Shown here: positions 1 through 12,385 of the stretch, in pieces
Layout: the number at the start of each line of letters is the position of its first letter
Position numbering within the stretch: the first letter of the stretch is position 1
Origin: Eledone cirrhosa
Taxonomy: Eukaryota
Reading direction: 5' to 3'
DNA: 64,000 bases
Assembly (NCBI GenBank): GCA_964016885.1
Contig: OZ024765.1
Span: forward strand, 13,330,001-13,394,000
Notes under the pieces: generated by a model
What the model was told of the DNA's origin: nothing
Seen by the model: only the letters and a program-made list of their open reading frames with translations
The model's database searches: none
Made by a program: the position numbers and the translations under genes

Positions 1-13
1 CATTAGAACACTA

Positions 14-260
14 TCATCATCATTTCATTTTACGTCCGTTTTTTTCTCTGATTGCAAGGGTGGGATGGGAACCGATTCTGGCTTGATTTCTACAGCTGGA
101 TGCCCCAGTCCCTATCATCTCATTTCTACAGCTGAGTAAACTGGAGCAATATGTGAAATAAAGTGTCTTGCTCAAGGAAACAACACATCACCTGGTCTAA
201 GAATTGAACTCACCTTTCGATTGCAAGGCCAATGCTCTAACCACTAAGACATGTGCCTCC
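14..260 (-). mobile_element. tRNA-derived CORE-type SINE with RTE-like 3' tail, internally deleted
   Basis: Reverse complement of the SINE at 2331-2677 (head, CORE-like block CCTTGAGCAAGACACTTTATTTCACA, tail) with the middle missing. Confidence 0.8.
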
Positions 261-277
261 ATATCTATCTATCTATT

Positions 278-570
278 TGGTGAATGCAGCAAAAATGGCC
301 CGAGTGATTGGGCCTTCTCTATATAAACCTGTAGGTTGAAGTAGAGGGCAAAAGGAAGAAAGGAGCACTTGCACAACACACTCCTGAAGTTGAGGGTTGT
401 TCTATCTACGGGGTATTAAACAACCCATTTGTGGCGCTTCCCCTCTATTGAGGATTTCGATTGTTAAATTTGTCTGTTTCAATATTTTTACACGATTGTA
501 TGTAAAATCCCCAGCATGTGTCCTTGTATTGTCCCCTTTTCTTATGTGCTCTTGTGGTAAATAAAGAAAT
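278..570 (+). mobile_element. 3' end of a non-LTR retrotransposon, possibly Tx1/L1-like
   Basis: Short VNAAKMARVIGPSL reading, then a 3'UTR ending AATAAAGAAA into a (TCTA)-type repeat; the same terminus recurs at about 24189-24235. Confidence 0.45.
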
Positions 571-571
571 A

Positions 572-970
572 TATCTACCAATCTCTCCAGCCGCCTGCCT
601 ATCTACCAATCTCTCCAGCCGCCTGCCTATCTACCAATCTCTCTAGCCACCTATCTACCAATCTCTCCAGCCGCCTGCCTATCTACCAATCTCTCTAGCC
701 ACCTATCTACCAATCTCTCCAGCCGCCTGCCTATCTACCAATCTCTCCAGCCGCCTGCCTATCTACCAATCTCTCCAGCCGCCTGCCTATCTACCAATCT
801 CTCTAGCCACCTATCTACCAATCTCTCCAGCCGCCTGCCTATCTACCAATCTCTCCAGCCACCTGCCTATCTACCAATCTCTCTAGCCACCTGTCTACCA
901 ATCTCTCTAGCCGCCTGTCTACCAATCTCTCTAGCCACCTGTCTACCAATCTCTCTAGCCGCCTGCCTGT
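572..970 (+). repeat. 24-28 bp minisatellite
   Basis: About 15 tandem copies of CTATCTACCAATCTCTCCAGCCGCCTGC and a shorter variant. Confidence 0.95.
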
Positions 971-1124
971 CAATCTATTTATCAATCTATTCGTTCATTA
1001 GAACATTGCATAAAATAGTTTGTAGTAACTCCTCGTTAGAAATATGGTAACAGTTTAAGTCAGGATGACAGACAGTTTGTTAGAATATTGCATAGAATGG
1101 GTTGTAGTATTCGGTTATTAGGAC

Positions 1125-1234
1125 ACTAGCTGACGTACCCAGCTTCGTCCGGGTAAACAGATAAGAGAAGACAGGTAGAAGAGAAAATGACTGTATTGGA
1201 TGTTTGTCTGGTTTACAGTATGAGGCGAGACCAT

Positions 1235-1299
<65 letters not shown>

Positions 1300-1700
1300 C
1301 AAGAAAAAAAAAAAAAAAATTCTTCCAGATACACCAGATTTTTCGTTTTACTGTTCATACTTAGTATATGAATATTTCTAGATGTTTCCACCTACATATA
1401 ACTGTCCATGGGTAAAAAGTGATTCTCTTGTATTCAATTCTACAACTTTGAAACTCTGAACCTGAGTTTTATTTATGGTCATAGCAAAACTGGTTTAACA
1501 GGGAACTTGCATAGAATAGTTTGGGTATTCGTTCATTAGAAATATGGTAAAGAACGGTTTAGGTTGCAGGTGACAAATCAATAGAAAATTGCATAGAAAT
1601 GGTTAGTAGTAACCTTTTGTTAGAAATATGGTAACAAACGGTTTAGGTCGCAGAGGACAGTTATGACAAATGTCAGATAGAAGGCTTTGAAGTATTTATT
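1125..1700. mobile_element. possible non-autonomous Helitron-like element
   Basis: Starts ACTAGCTGACGTACCCAGCTTCGTCCGGGT, resembling Helitron-type termini with a subterminal hairpin; internal (GT)n and repeated TTGCATAGAAT...TTAGAAATATGGTAA blocks. Confidence 0.3.
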
Positions 1701-2330
1701 CTGGTTCCCTAATCCTGCTAAGGTCAACTTTGCCGTTTATCTTGGTGAGGTTGATAATAAAAAAAGTAGCAGTCAAGTACTGAGGTCGATTCTTCTGCTA
1801 TATCATTGTTTCCCAAAGGGGGGGGGACTATGAGATTGTGTAGATTCTACACAATCTCATAGATGTCTTTATTCTTATTGGCAAAATCACATTCTTTTTA
1901 CATCTATGTTACTAATGATTAACTAACATCATCACCATCATTGTTTAATGTCCACTTTCTCTGCTAGTAAGGTTTGGATGTGTCATCACAGACTGATGGT
2001 GGGGGTGGGGGGCGCTGAGGGTATTACGTGGCTCCAAAATTTTGAGAACCTCTGCTCTGTATCATCATCGTTTAACGTCCATCTTCCATGCTAGCATGGG
2101 TTTGTCCCCCCCACTCGAGGCAAGATTGTTTGGGTGACCGTGTCGTGCCAGAATTCAAATCCTGTCAAGGCCAACTTCGCTTTTCAATTATTTGGGGTTG
2201 ATAAAAAAAAAAAAAGAGTACCAGTCAAATACTGGGTTGATTCTTCCTGGATATCTCTTTCTCACCCTCTCCTCTGGAAGAAATAAGCTGTGTTCATTAC
2301 TCGCCCAAACACATAATACCAGTCTAATAA

Positions 2331-2677
2331 TGGAGGCAGATGGCTTAGTGGTGAGAGCATTGGCCATGCAATTGAAAGGTTGTGAGTTCAATTCTCAGAC
2401 CGGGTGATGTGTTGTTTCCTTGAGCAAGACACTTTATTTCACATTGCTCCAGTTTACTCAGCTGTAGAAATGAGATGATAGGGACTGGGGTCCCTATCAT
2501 TCCACTGCAAAGTGATCGTGGAGGTGCCACGGCAAAAAAGCACCCAGCACTCACTGTAAAAATGAGGTTGGTGTTAGGAAGGGCATCCAGCTGTAGAAAT
2601 CAAGCCAGAATCGGTTCCCGTCCCACCCTTGCAAGCAGGGAAAAGCGGACGTAAAAGTGATGATGATGATGATGATG
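2331..2677 (+). mobile_element. full-length tRNA-derived CORE-type SINE with RTE-LINE tail
   Basis: A box TGGCTTAGTGG, B box GAGTTCAATTC, CORE-like block, internal hairpin ATGATAGGGAC/GTCCCTATCAT; the 3' tail CCCACCCTTGCAAGCAGGGAAAAGCGG matches the RTE end at 45165-45200; (GAT)n tail. Confidence 0.88.
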
Positions 2678-2827
2678 AATCCTTCCTCTATATCTCACTA
2701 TCTGCAGTTTTGCTCAGACTTAGAGAGAGAGATAGGCTCCATTAGGTCTAAATTACCCACCAAAACATGTATGTCACAACAGCATTGCTTTAACTCCAAA
2801 TATACAAGTCCAAATATACAAATATAA

Positions 2828-2922
2828 GTGTTTCTACTTTTGGCACAAGGCCAGCAATTACCCAGTGCATTACTGGTACTTTATTTTATCGACCCCGTAA
2901 GGATGAAAGGCAAAGTAAACCT
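2828..2922 (-). mobile_element. Nin-domain-type SINE, 3' fragment
   Basis: Reverse complement of TTTGCCTTTCATCCTTACGGGGTCGATAAAATAAAGTACCAG, a block with many copies in the window. Confidence 0.75.
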
Positions 2923-3093
2923 ATAATGCTGGTCCAGGACTCTCGTCGATTCTTCATCCCCTATATCCTTTTCTCACTACCTTCTCTGGAAGAAATCCCT
3001 TGTGTTTAGACATGGAGAGGGGAATGGGTCCCACCAGGTTTCAAAATGTCCTCGACATGACTGTCACGACCACTCCTACAACTTCAGTTAGAC

Positions 3094-3214
3094 CAGTGGT
3101 TCTCAACCTTTTTTTACTCATGGACCTCTTTTCCCTTATTTCTTTTGGGGTGGACCCCTCATAGCTATTCGACAAAAGAATGTTTTGCTTGTGGACCCCG
3201 GTTGAGAACCACTG
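3094..3214. mobile_element. hAT (Charlie-like) MITE
   Basis: 15-bp TIRs CAGTGGTTCTCAACC / GGTTGAGAACCACTG with a perfect 8-bp TSD AGTTAGAC at 3086-3093 and 3215-3222. Confidence 0.92.
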
Positions 3215-3909
3215 AGTTAGACCATAGATACTAAAAAAAGTACCAGTCTAATACTGGTGTCAATTCGTCATCCCTTATATCTCTTATTCTACCTTCTCTG
3301 GAAGAAAACCCCTGTTCAGATCTGGAGGAGGAATTGGGTCCCACGAGGTTTTAAAATGTCGTAGACATGATAGTCGGGATTACTCTTAAGATTCCTCCAT
3401 CATGAGTTAGGAGCCAATAAATACACAGAAAGTACCAATCTAATATGGGGGGGGGGGGGGTCGATTCTCCCCCAATATCTCTCACTTCTGCCCACCAATC
3501 ACTGTCTCTCTCTCCCTTTAAGATGTGTTCGAACCTGGAGAGAGGATGGGTTCTGCCAAATTTAAAATGTCTAACATGTCATATGTCACAACAGAGACCC
3601 CTAGAACTGAATCAGGTGCCATGACAACACCCCTAAAACTATGTCATGACAGTGACCCCTAGAATATTAGTTGTCATGACAACCCCTACCTAGAACATCA
3701 GGTGTCACAACAGAGACCCCTATAACTGAATCAGGTGCCACAGTAGTAATCTCTACGACTGGTCCATTATAATGTAAACCCCCAGCTATTACTGGTACAC
3801 ATTTTCAGCTGAGTACACTGGAGCAACATGAACTGAAGTGTTTTGCACAACCCAACCCAGTCTAGGGACCAAACACATGACATCATGATCGTTAGTCCAA
3901 CACTTACCA

Positions 3910-5645
3910 CTGGTGCTCCTATTATTAAAACACCCAAGAAACCCGAGATATAATCTTGGAATTCAGCTATAACAACATGATAGGACTGGGGCCCCCTATA
4001 ATTAAAACACCCAAGAAACAACCTATGAAGATACAACCCCGTAAGAGGCCAGCTAAACGTACATAGATGCGAGCTGTAAGAACATAATACAAATGGAGCC
4101 CTTATTAAAACAACTGAGAAACCACCAATGAGATACAACCTTCTAAACCTATATAGGTGTGAGCTTTATTTCAAGTTCCATAAAACAGTCTATCAACTTA
4201 AATTAGGACCAGTTATGTCACCAAAGATTACATCAACGTAGGACATCCTATTTATGAGATACTACATATAAAAAAACCTAACAACAATCCTTAACCCTTT
4301 AGCATTTACATTACTCTATATATGTTGTTATAATTTTGCAGTAAAGGCTTTACCTCACATAATATCGAATCTACAAGATTTTGATATTTAGTTTGATTAG
4401 AATACCTTAACATAAGTATGAGTGGCCTGTTATGGCCAGTTTGAACAGAAAGAGGTGAAAGAATTCTGGCTGGATATGGCCGGTTTAAATGCTAAAGGGT
4501 TAAATATTCCTGGGAATAAATTCATCTGTAATAATATAGGAAATTGGAAACGGTTCCTTTACAACTACTTTATATTGTGGGGCAAAAATCATGATAAACT
4601 AAACCTTTTTCAAAATATCACTAGGTATATAAATCCATATGGAGTTTGTATGAGTAGGGCCATATTAAAATACCAGAGAAACCCGAGATACAACCTTGAA
4701 GAAGACCATCTAAACTGACAAAGGTGTGAGCTTTAACAACATGATAGAAGCAGGGCCCCATATCATTAAAATACCCGAGATACAACCTTATTGGAGACCA
4801 GCTAAACCTACATAGATGTGAGCTGTAACAATATGATAGGAGCAGGGCCCCATATCATTAAAATACCCGAGATACCTTATTGGAGACCAGCTAAACCTAC
4901 ATAGATGTGAGCTGTAACAATATGATAGGAGCAGGGCCCCATATCATTAAAATACCTGAGATACAACCTTATTGGAGACCAGCTAAACCTACATAGATGT
5001 GAGCTGTAACAATATGATAGGAGCAGGGCCCCATATCATTAAAATACCCGAGGTACAACCTTATTGGAGACCAGCTAACCCAGGAGTTCTCAAAGTGAGG
5101 CTACCGCCCTCCAGGGGGCGTTGAGAAGGTCCTGGCAGGTGCTGGGGTGGTGGTAGAGATGATATGATAGTATATTAAACATCAAATAATACATATTATA
5201 TATAAATATAGTAAAATAAAAATATATTTATTTGTACATAGTATATATTATATTATTAAATATAAAAATTAGTGTGCGTCCTCGATAAAGGAGCGTCTTC
5301 TACGCCGGGAAATACGGTAAGCGTGAGCTTTTAATAACATAATAGGAGTAGGGCCCAATATTAAAATACTAGAGAAACCTCCTGAGGTACTACTACCTTA
5401 GAAAAGACCAGCTAAACTTACATAGGTGTGGGCTGTAACCACATGATAGGAGTAGGACCACATATTAAAACATGAGAAAACTTTTAGAAGATAGAACTTT
5501 GCAGGAGGTCAGCTAAATCTACATAGATGTGAGATGTAACAACATAATAGGACTGGGCTCCCCTATCATTACAACACAGAAAACCTATGAGAAACAAGCT
5601 TGTAGGAGAGAAGCTAAACCCACATAGGTGCGAGTTGTAACAACA
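3910..5645 (+). repeat. diverged ~90-bp tandem repeat; homogeneous core at 4740-5080, interrupted by MITEs
   Basis: Recurrent unit ACCCGAGATACAACCTTATTGGAGACCAGCTAAACCTACATAGATGTGAGCTGTAACAATATGATAGG. Confidence 0.8.
4291..4503 (+). mobile_element. piggyBac-like MITE
   Basis: TTAA-CCCTTTTAGCATTTA ... TAAATGCTAAAGGG-TTAA termini with TTAA TSD. Confidence 0.8.
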
Positions 5646-5673
5646 GTTTTTAATGATAGGGGTCTCATTCTTA

Positions 5674-5886
5674 TTAACCCTTTAATGTTCAAACCGGCCA
5701 GAATTCTCTACCTCTTTCTGTTGAAACTGGCTGTAACTGGTCGCTCAAACTGATGTTAAGGTATTGTTCTCAAAATAAATACTTTCAAAATCTCAGATTC
5801 GATATGCGAGATGATTATGCGAGGTAAAGCCTTTACCATGAAAATATAATAGTATATATAGAGTAATGTGAATACTAAAGGGTTAA
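5674..5886 (-). mobile_element. piggyBac-like MITE, same family
   Basis: TTAACCCTTTA ... TAAAGGGTTAA termini; interior is the reverse complement of 4291-4503. Confidence 0.8.
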
Positions 5887-6486
5887 ACACCCCCACTTCT
5901 TAATCCAATGCAGGAGACAAGCCTACCTGTTTGTTGGTGAGTGGACAGGAACATGAATTGAAGTGTCTTGGATGACATTAGTCTGGCATTTGGAACATAA
6001 CTTAACGAAGGTTATATAAAATTATGAGGGGGGAGGGGTTGTAGATAAATATAAACACTAACCCTTTTGTTACCATATTTATAATGAAAAAACTTAAAGG
6101 TTCTTACACAAAATTATAATAGGTTTTATAATAAATATAAACACTTTAACCCTTTCATTCCCATTATTTCTAAAAAAAAAAAAAAAGTTTTAGATAAATA
6201 TAAAAACAATCCTTTTGTTACCATATTTCTAATATTTAAACTGGTGTTTGAAACAAAGGTTCTTACATAACATTATAAAAGAAGGGTTTTAGATAAATAT
6301 AAGCACTCTAAAATAAACAGTCTGAGCTCAGAAATAGGGGCCTCACAGTCAGTTTAGTATCAAAAAAAGGTTTAATGTTGCATAAAGCTTCGGTTTTCAT
6401 TCAACCCAGACAAGCAACGAAGAAGACGGACATAAAAATGGTGACTAATGGTGACTTAGCAAAATCAATGTTGACTGGACGCCATT

Positions 6487-6500
6487 GTTTCCATGGCAAC
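6487..6500. promoter_or_regulatory. RFX X-box-like motif
   Basis: GTTTCCATGGCAAC matches the GTTNCCATGGNAAC consensus; function unknown. Confidence 0.3.
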
Positions 6501-6901
6501 TACTCTAATGGCTGGCTGGCTTATATATTGAACAGTGCTGTTAAGTGGTAGAGTAGTCCAGACAGTTCTCAGGGAGATTCAGCACATCTGAGGTGACAGG
6601 GCTGGTCTTTTGAATTACAGGTACAGACCATCATCGTAAGTGGCCGAGTATTCCAGACAGTTCTCAGGGATTCAGTACCTTACAAGTCTAGCCCTTTGAA
6701 TTACAGGTACAGTCTATCTTGTATCATATTGTAAAGTGGCTGAGTATTCCACTGTCATGTACATTCTAGCAGAATTGGAGTGACTGTATGACAAGGCTGA
6801 CCTTCTGAATTGCAGGTAGAATCCATCTTGCATATCTATAGTGGTTGAGTATTCCAAAGTTATATGAAGCTAATTCTGCCAAAGTGTGACAAATATATCT
6901 A

Positions 6902-7180
6902 TTAACCCTTTAGCATTTAAACCAGCCATATCCAGCCAGAATTCTCTCACCTCTTTCTGTCCAAACTGACTGTAACTAGCCACTCATACTTATGTTAAGG
7001 TATTGTTCTCAAAATAAATATAAAAATCTGATTCGATATTATGTGAGATAATGTGAGGTAAAGCCTTTACAATGAAAATACAATAGTATATATAGAGTAA
7101 TGTAAATGTTATGTGAGGTAAAGCCTTTACTGTGAAAATACAATAGTATATATAGAGTAATGTAAATGCTAAAGGTTTAA
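6902..7180 (-). mobile_element. piggyBac-like MITE with internal duplication
   Basis: TTAA termini; the segment ATGTGAGGTAAAGCCTTTAC...GAGTAATGTAAATG is present twice, 60 bp apart. Confidence 0.8.
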
Positions 7181-7189
7181 ACTACAAAT

Positions 7190-7685
7190 TTCAAACTCAT
7201 CTTCAATTCGGTTTTTATACCTACCCCTAATCTATGGTCATAAATCTTGAGTAATGATTGTGAATACAAGCGGCTGAAATGGGGTTCCTACGAAAGGTAT
7301 TTGAAGTAACGTTACTTGATAGAGTTCATAGCTCAGAGAGGAGAGAGTTACTCCGGGTAGAGCCGCTACTTCTCCGAATTGAGAGACAATAGCTCTGATA
7401 TTACAGGCATGTGGTTAGAATGTCTCAGGAAAGAATCACTGGACAGATTTGTAGCTCAGAGATCAGAGTCACTCCAGGTAGAGCTGCTACTTCACCAAAT
7501 TGAGAGATCACAGCTCTGATACTATGGACATGTGGTTAGAATGTCTCAGGAAAGAATCACTGGACAGATTTGTAGCTTGGAGATCAGAGAGTCACGCCAG
7601 GTAGAGCTGCTACTTCTCTGAATTGAGAGATCACAGCTCTGATATTACAGACATCTGGTTAGAATATTTCAGGAAAGAACCAGAG
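7190..7685 (+). mobile_element. RTE-type LINE C-terminal fragment with three tandem ~122-bp units
   Basis: Reads RELLRVEPLLLRIERQ and GHVVRMSQER; homologous to 49350-50430 and 55800-56400. Confidence 0.75.
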
Positions 7686-8501
7686 CCGGTTTTAGCCAGG
7701 TTAGTAACTAAAGGGTTAATGTAAGTTTCTTATGTAAAATTATGTTAGAAGATTTAAAATGAGTGACTTTATTTCATAAAACAAGAGCCAGTTTTAGCCA
7801 GGTTAGTAAGATAGTAACTTAACATAAGGTTCTTATATAAAATCCTGTTGGAAGGTTTTAATTTAAATTGGAAACCTTTAAAATGGATGGTTTTATTTCA
7901 TAGAACCAGAACCAGTTTTGGCTGGGTTGGTAACTAAAGGGTTAAGAACGACCTCATATAGATTATAGTATTTTGAGGAGTTTAGTGTCAGAATCTTAAC
8001 TATGATCTCATATAGATTACATTACTTTGTAAGGATTAGAGAGTGAAACTTAAGTATGACATGATATACAGGGTGAGTCAAATATAGCAGCCATGTTTAA
8101 GTATACTAGCAGAAAAACCACACTTTGGGTGGTTTTCTGCTAGCATGTCTAATGTGTGTATTGATATTATACGCAGGTATATATACATGTAGATACGAGA
8201 CATCAAATAAAATCGTAATTGACAATATATAATACATAGAAATTGAACGAAGACTGCGTTACAGTCTTATTTAATCAGTAACGTAATCCATGATACATTA
8301 AAAAAGACGATATATATAAACTGCATTAGGAGAAAATTAGTGACAGAAAATTAGTGTTTATTTAAGTGATGGCCAACTGGAAGTGTTGACATTTCAGAAA
8401 TTTTAAAGAAGTGAATCTTTAAATAAACAAAATATTTTATAAAGTATTGGTTTCTGATTTAGGCATAAGGCCAACAATTTTTTGGGGGAAGGGAAAGTCT
8501 A

Positions 8502-8972
8502 TTAACCCTTTAGCATTTAAACCAATCGTATCTGACCATAATTCTCTCACCTCTTTCTGTTCAAATAGGCTACTCATACTGATGTTAAGGTATTGTTCTC
8601 AAAATAAATATTAAAATCTCATAGATTCAATATTATGTGAGGTAAAGCCTTTACCATGAAATTATAACTATATATAGAGTAATCATCATCCTTTTACATC
8701 CGCTTTTCCCTGCTTGCAAGGGTGGGACGGGAACTGATTCTGGCTTGATTTCTACAGCTGGATGCCCTTCCAAACACCAACCTCATTTACAGTGAGTGCT
8801 GGGTGCTTTTTTTCCGTGGCACCTCTACGACCACTTTACAGTGGAATATGGACCCCAGTCTCTATCATCTCATTTCTACAGCTGAGTAAACTGGAACAAT
8901 GTGAAATAAAGTGTCTTGCTCAAGGAAACAACACATCACCCGGTCTGAGAATTGTAAATGTTAAAGGGTTAA
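8502..8972 (-). mobile_element. piggyBac-like MITE interrupted by a 5'-truncated CORE SINE (8683-8953)
   Basis: MITE termini are intact and the SINE splits GAGTAAT|GTAAATG. Confidence 0.8.
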
Positions 8973-9149
8973 ACCATACAATTAGTTACATTTCACATAT
9001 ATTGACCACAAGGAGCAAGACACTGGTCTGGAATATATCTGATGACGGCAATGGACAGAGAGGTGTAGTGGACATTATGACATTGACCACATGGTTCTGG
9101 AATATATCCCAGGACAGTGAAGTGGACATTATGTGACGTGTTGACTACC

Positions 9150-10005
9150 TGAAGTTGGACACTGTCCTGGAATATATCCCAGGACAGTGAAGATAGCTGG
9201 TTGACCAGCTCAAGCTGGGCACTGGTCTGGAATATATTCCAGGACAGTGAAGATGGCAGGTTGACCAGCTGAAGCTGGGCACTGGTCTGGAATATATTCC
9301 AGGACAGTGAAGATGGCAGGTTGACCAGCTGAAGCTGGGCACTGGTCTGGAATATATTCCAGGACAGTGAAGATGGCAGGTTGACCAGCTGAAGCTGGAC
9401 ACTGGTCTGGAATATATTCCAGGACAGTGAAGATGGCAGGTTGACCAGCTGAAGCTGGGCACTGGTCTGGAATATATTCCAGGACAGTGAAGATGGTTGG
9501 TTGACCAGCTGAAGCTGGACACTAGTCTGAAATATATTCCAGGACAGTGAAGATGGCAGGTTGACCAGCTCAAGCTGGGCACTGGTCTGGAATATATTCC
9601 AGGACAGTGAAGATGGCAGGTTGACCAGCTGAAGCTGGGCACTGGTCTGGAATATATTCCAGGACAGTGAAGATGGTTGGTTGACCAGCTGAAGCTGGAC
9701 ACTAGTCTGAAATATATTCCAGGACAGTGAAGATGGCAGGTTGACCAGCTGAAGCTGGACACTGGTCTGAAATATATTCCAGGACAGTGAAGATGGCAGG
9801 TTGACCAGCTCAAGCTGGGCACTGGTCTGAAATATATTCCAGGACAGTGAAGATGGCAGGTTGACCAGCTCAAGCTGGCAAGTTGAAGCTGGACAGTAGT
9901 CAGGTAAATAATCCGAGACAGTAAAAATGGCAGGTTGACCAACTGAAGCTGGACACTGGTCTAGAATATATCTCAGGACAGTGAATATATCAGGTTGACC
10001 AGCTG
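9150..10005 (+). repeat. 60-bp minisatellite, about 14 copies
   Basis: Unit AGGACAGTGAAGATGGCAGGTTGACCAGCTGAAGCTGGGCACTGGTCTGGAATATATTCC; explains ORF 9145..9942. Confidence 0.97.
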
Positions 10006-10239
10006 ATTAACTAACTAGAATAGTCACCATGGAAACTGATTGCTATTCAACATTGTAAAATAATCAATAATTATTTTGCCGTCTGCTCTTCTCTGATAAC
10101 ATGGCCTGGATGAAGGCCAAAACATCACGTGTATCTCTGGTTCTGCAATAAGACTGTAACCCTGTGTGTTGTAAGAAGGAACTAAAAGAGTTGCTGTGAG
10201 AAAGGGCATATGGCTGTAGAATGTATCAAACCAACCAAT

Positions 10240-10280
<41 letters not shown>

Positions 10281-10436
10281 AGGTGTGTGTGTGTGTGTGT
10301 GTGTGCGTGTGCGTGTGCGTGTGCGTCATCACCGTTTTAAGTCAATTTTTCCATGCTAGCATGGGTTGGACAGGTTGTCCTGTTGTGGGCAACGCCAGGT
10401 CAGGTGGCCATCTCTTGCTCATACAGGAACTGAATA

Positions 10437-10472
<36 letters not shown>

Positions 10473-10774
10473 ATCATCATTGTTTAACGTCCATTTTCCA
10501 TTCTAGCATGGGTTAGATGGATTGTCCCATTAGAGGCAAGTTGGGTCAGGTGACTGTCTTGCTCATACAGAACTGATTTTGGCCAGGCTTCTACAGCTGG
10601 ATACACTTCCTAACGCCAACCACAGTGTGGGATGGGTGCTCCTTGTCACAGCACCCACATGACCACATTTACAGTTGGATTGGGTACTTTTTGTCGCGAC
10701 ACCTACACCACCACTTTACAGTGTGGACTGGGTGCTTTTTATCACGACACCCACACAGCTATATCATCATCATC

Positions 10775-10940
10775 ATCATCATACGTCCACTTTTCCCTGC
10801 TTGCAAGGGTGGGACGGGTCTTATTCAGCACAGCATCTCTCCACTCGTCATCTCCACCGTGAGCTTCAATGGTCTGAGGTCTGTTCTCACCACCTCTGCC
10901 CATGTTTTTCGTGGTCTACCTCTACCACGTCTTCCTTCAA
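10775..10940 (-). mobile_element. RTE LINE 3' end
   Basis: Homologous to 45165-45330 (GRPRKTWAEVVRTDLR-type reading), ending in (GAT)n. Confidence 0.8.
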
Positions 10941-10989
10941 CTATATAGAGAGAGCGAGAGAGAGAGAGAGAGCGAGAGCGAGAGATTAA

Positions 10990-11090
10990 GTTTAACTTTG
11001 CCTTTCATCCTTATGAGGTCGATAAAATGAAGTACCAGTAATGCACTGGGGTAATTGCTGGCCTTGTGCCAAAAGTAGAAACAATTGTTA
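10990..11090 (+). mobile_element. Nin-type SINE fragment
   Basis: TTTGCCTTTCATCCTTATGAGGTCGATAAAATGAAGTACCAG...GTAGAAAC. Confidence 0.75.
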
Positions 11091-11154
11091 TCACTAGTGG
11101 AATGGCAGTATTGATAGAGTGACAGACACCATGTTTTGCAAGATAGTTACAAGC

Positions 11155-11189
<35 letters not shown>

Positions 11190-11192
<3 letters not shown>

Positions 11193-11630
11193 CGTTTCTG
11201 AATTTGTTTAGCAAGATTCTTTATCTGAAATCGTGTGTTGAAACCGATAGTTATACTTTGGGAGGGTCATGTTGCCAATAAGAAACACACGCACCAGTTG
11301 CTTTCACTTCAATTTAATTTATTATATATTTATAAATTTACAAATTTATAAATTTCTGGTTGGTTGGTTGGTTCCACAACCAGATATTTGTTTATATATA
11401 TATAGTCATAGTTCAAAAGAAATCCCCAGTCACTGAAGAGGTCACAGAGTGTGTGACGAAAGAACTATGACTATATATATATAAACAAATATCTGGTTGT
11501 GGAACCAACCAACCAACCAGAAATTTATAAATTTGTAAATTTATAAATATATAATAAATTAAATTGAAGTGAAAGCAACTGGTGCGTGTGTTTCTTATTG
11601 GCAACATGACCCTCCCAAAGTATAACAATA
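11190..11630. mobile_element. fold-back insert flanked by (TA)n, probable Penelope-like element end
   Basis: About 165-bp inverted arms 11250-11414 and 11462-11626, with a 47-nt spacer carrying a hammerhead core. Confidence 0.7.
11428..11472 (+). ncRNA. minimal type-I hammerhead ribozyme motif
   Basis: AGTCA-CTGAAGA-G-GTCACA(GAGTG)TGTGAC-GAAA-GAAC-TA-TGACT: stem I AGTCA/TGACT, 6-bp stem II, minimal stem III. Confidence 0.7.
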
Positions 11631-11841
11631 TATATATATATATAAATAGCCAGTTAGTCACAAATTTCTACAACCTCTAAAACTAGTAGCTTTACTAACT
11701 AAAAAGAAAGCATTTATTGTAATAATTGTCTCTCGTGTGACAGCATATTCAAGGCTTGGCATTCTTGCTTGTGTAAAAATTGTCGGCATTCTAATTGTTT
11801 TAAGAATGCTACTGTAATTGCAGTTAGGTCTTGAAAGAGTC

Positions 11842-12385
11842 ATGAAGGCACGTGATTAGTGGACTTATGATCATAATGTCGTGGGTTTGATTCCGACTGG
11901 GTTGTGTGCTGTGTTCTTGAACAAAACACTTCATTTCCAGTGGTAAGGGTGTCGTGGGTTTGATTCCGACGTGGTTGTGTGCTGTGTTCTTCGGCAAAAC
12001 ACTTCATTTCCAGTGGTAAGGGTGTCGTGGGTTTGATTCCGACATGGTTGTGTGCCGTGTTCTTGAGCAAAACTCTTCATTTCACATTGCTCCAGTGGTA
12101 AGGGTGTTGGACTTCCAATCATAATGCTGTGGGTTTGATTCCGACTGGGTTGTGTGCTGTGTTCTTGAGTAAAACACTTCATTTGACGTTGCTCCAATGG
12201 TAAGGGTGTTGGACTTCCAATCATAATGTCATGGCTTTGATTCCTGGACTGGGTTGTGTGTTGTGTTCTTGAGCAAAACTTCATTTCACCTTGCTCCAAG
12301 GTTTAACCTTGCAATGAACTTGTGTCCTGCCCAGGGGGAAGGGAAATCTTGCACTCAGTCGCTTAATGCCAAGGAAACCAAGGTA
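11842..12385 (+). mobile_element. CORE SINE with about five tandem copies of its tRNA head plus CORE segment
   Basis: Repeated AGTGGTAAG...GGTTTGATTCC...TGTGTTCTTGAGCAAAACACTTCATTTC. Confidence 0.75.

Noticed and set aside
2331-2405. tRNA gene
   Set aside because: A and B boxes are present but there is no cloverleaf, and the sequence continues into the SINE body.
9145-9942. 265-aa repeat ORF
   Set aside because: It is the translation of a 60-bp minisatellite.
11655-11835. Cys-rich short reading (CNNCLSCDS...CLCKNCRHSNC) on the + strand
   Set aside because: It is bounded by stops, with no splice signals or recognisable domain.
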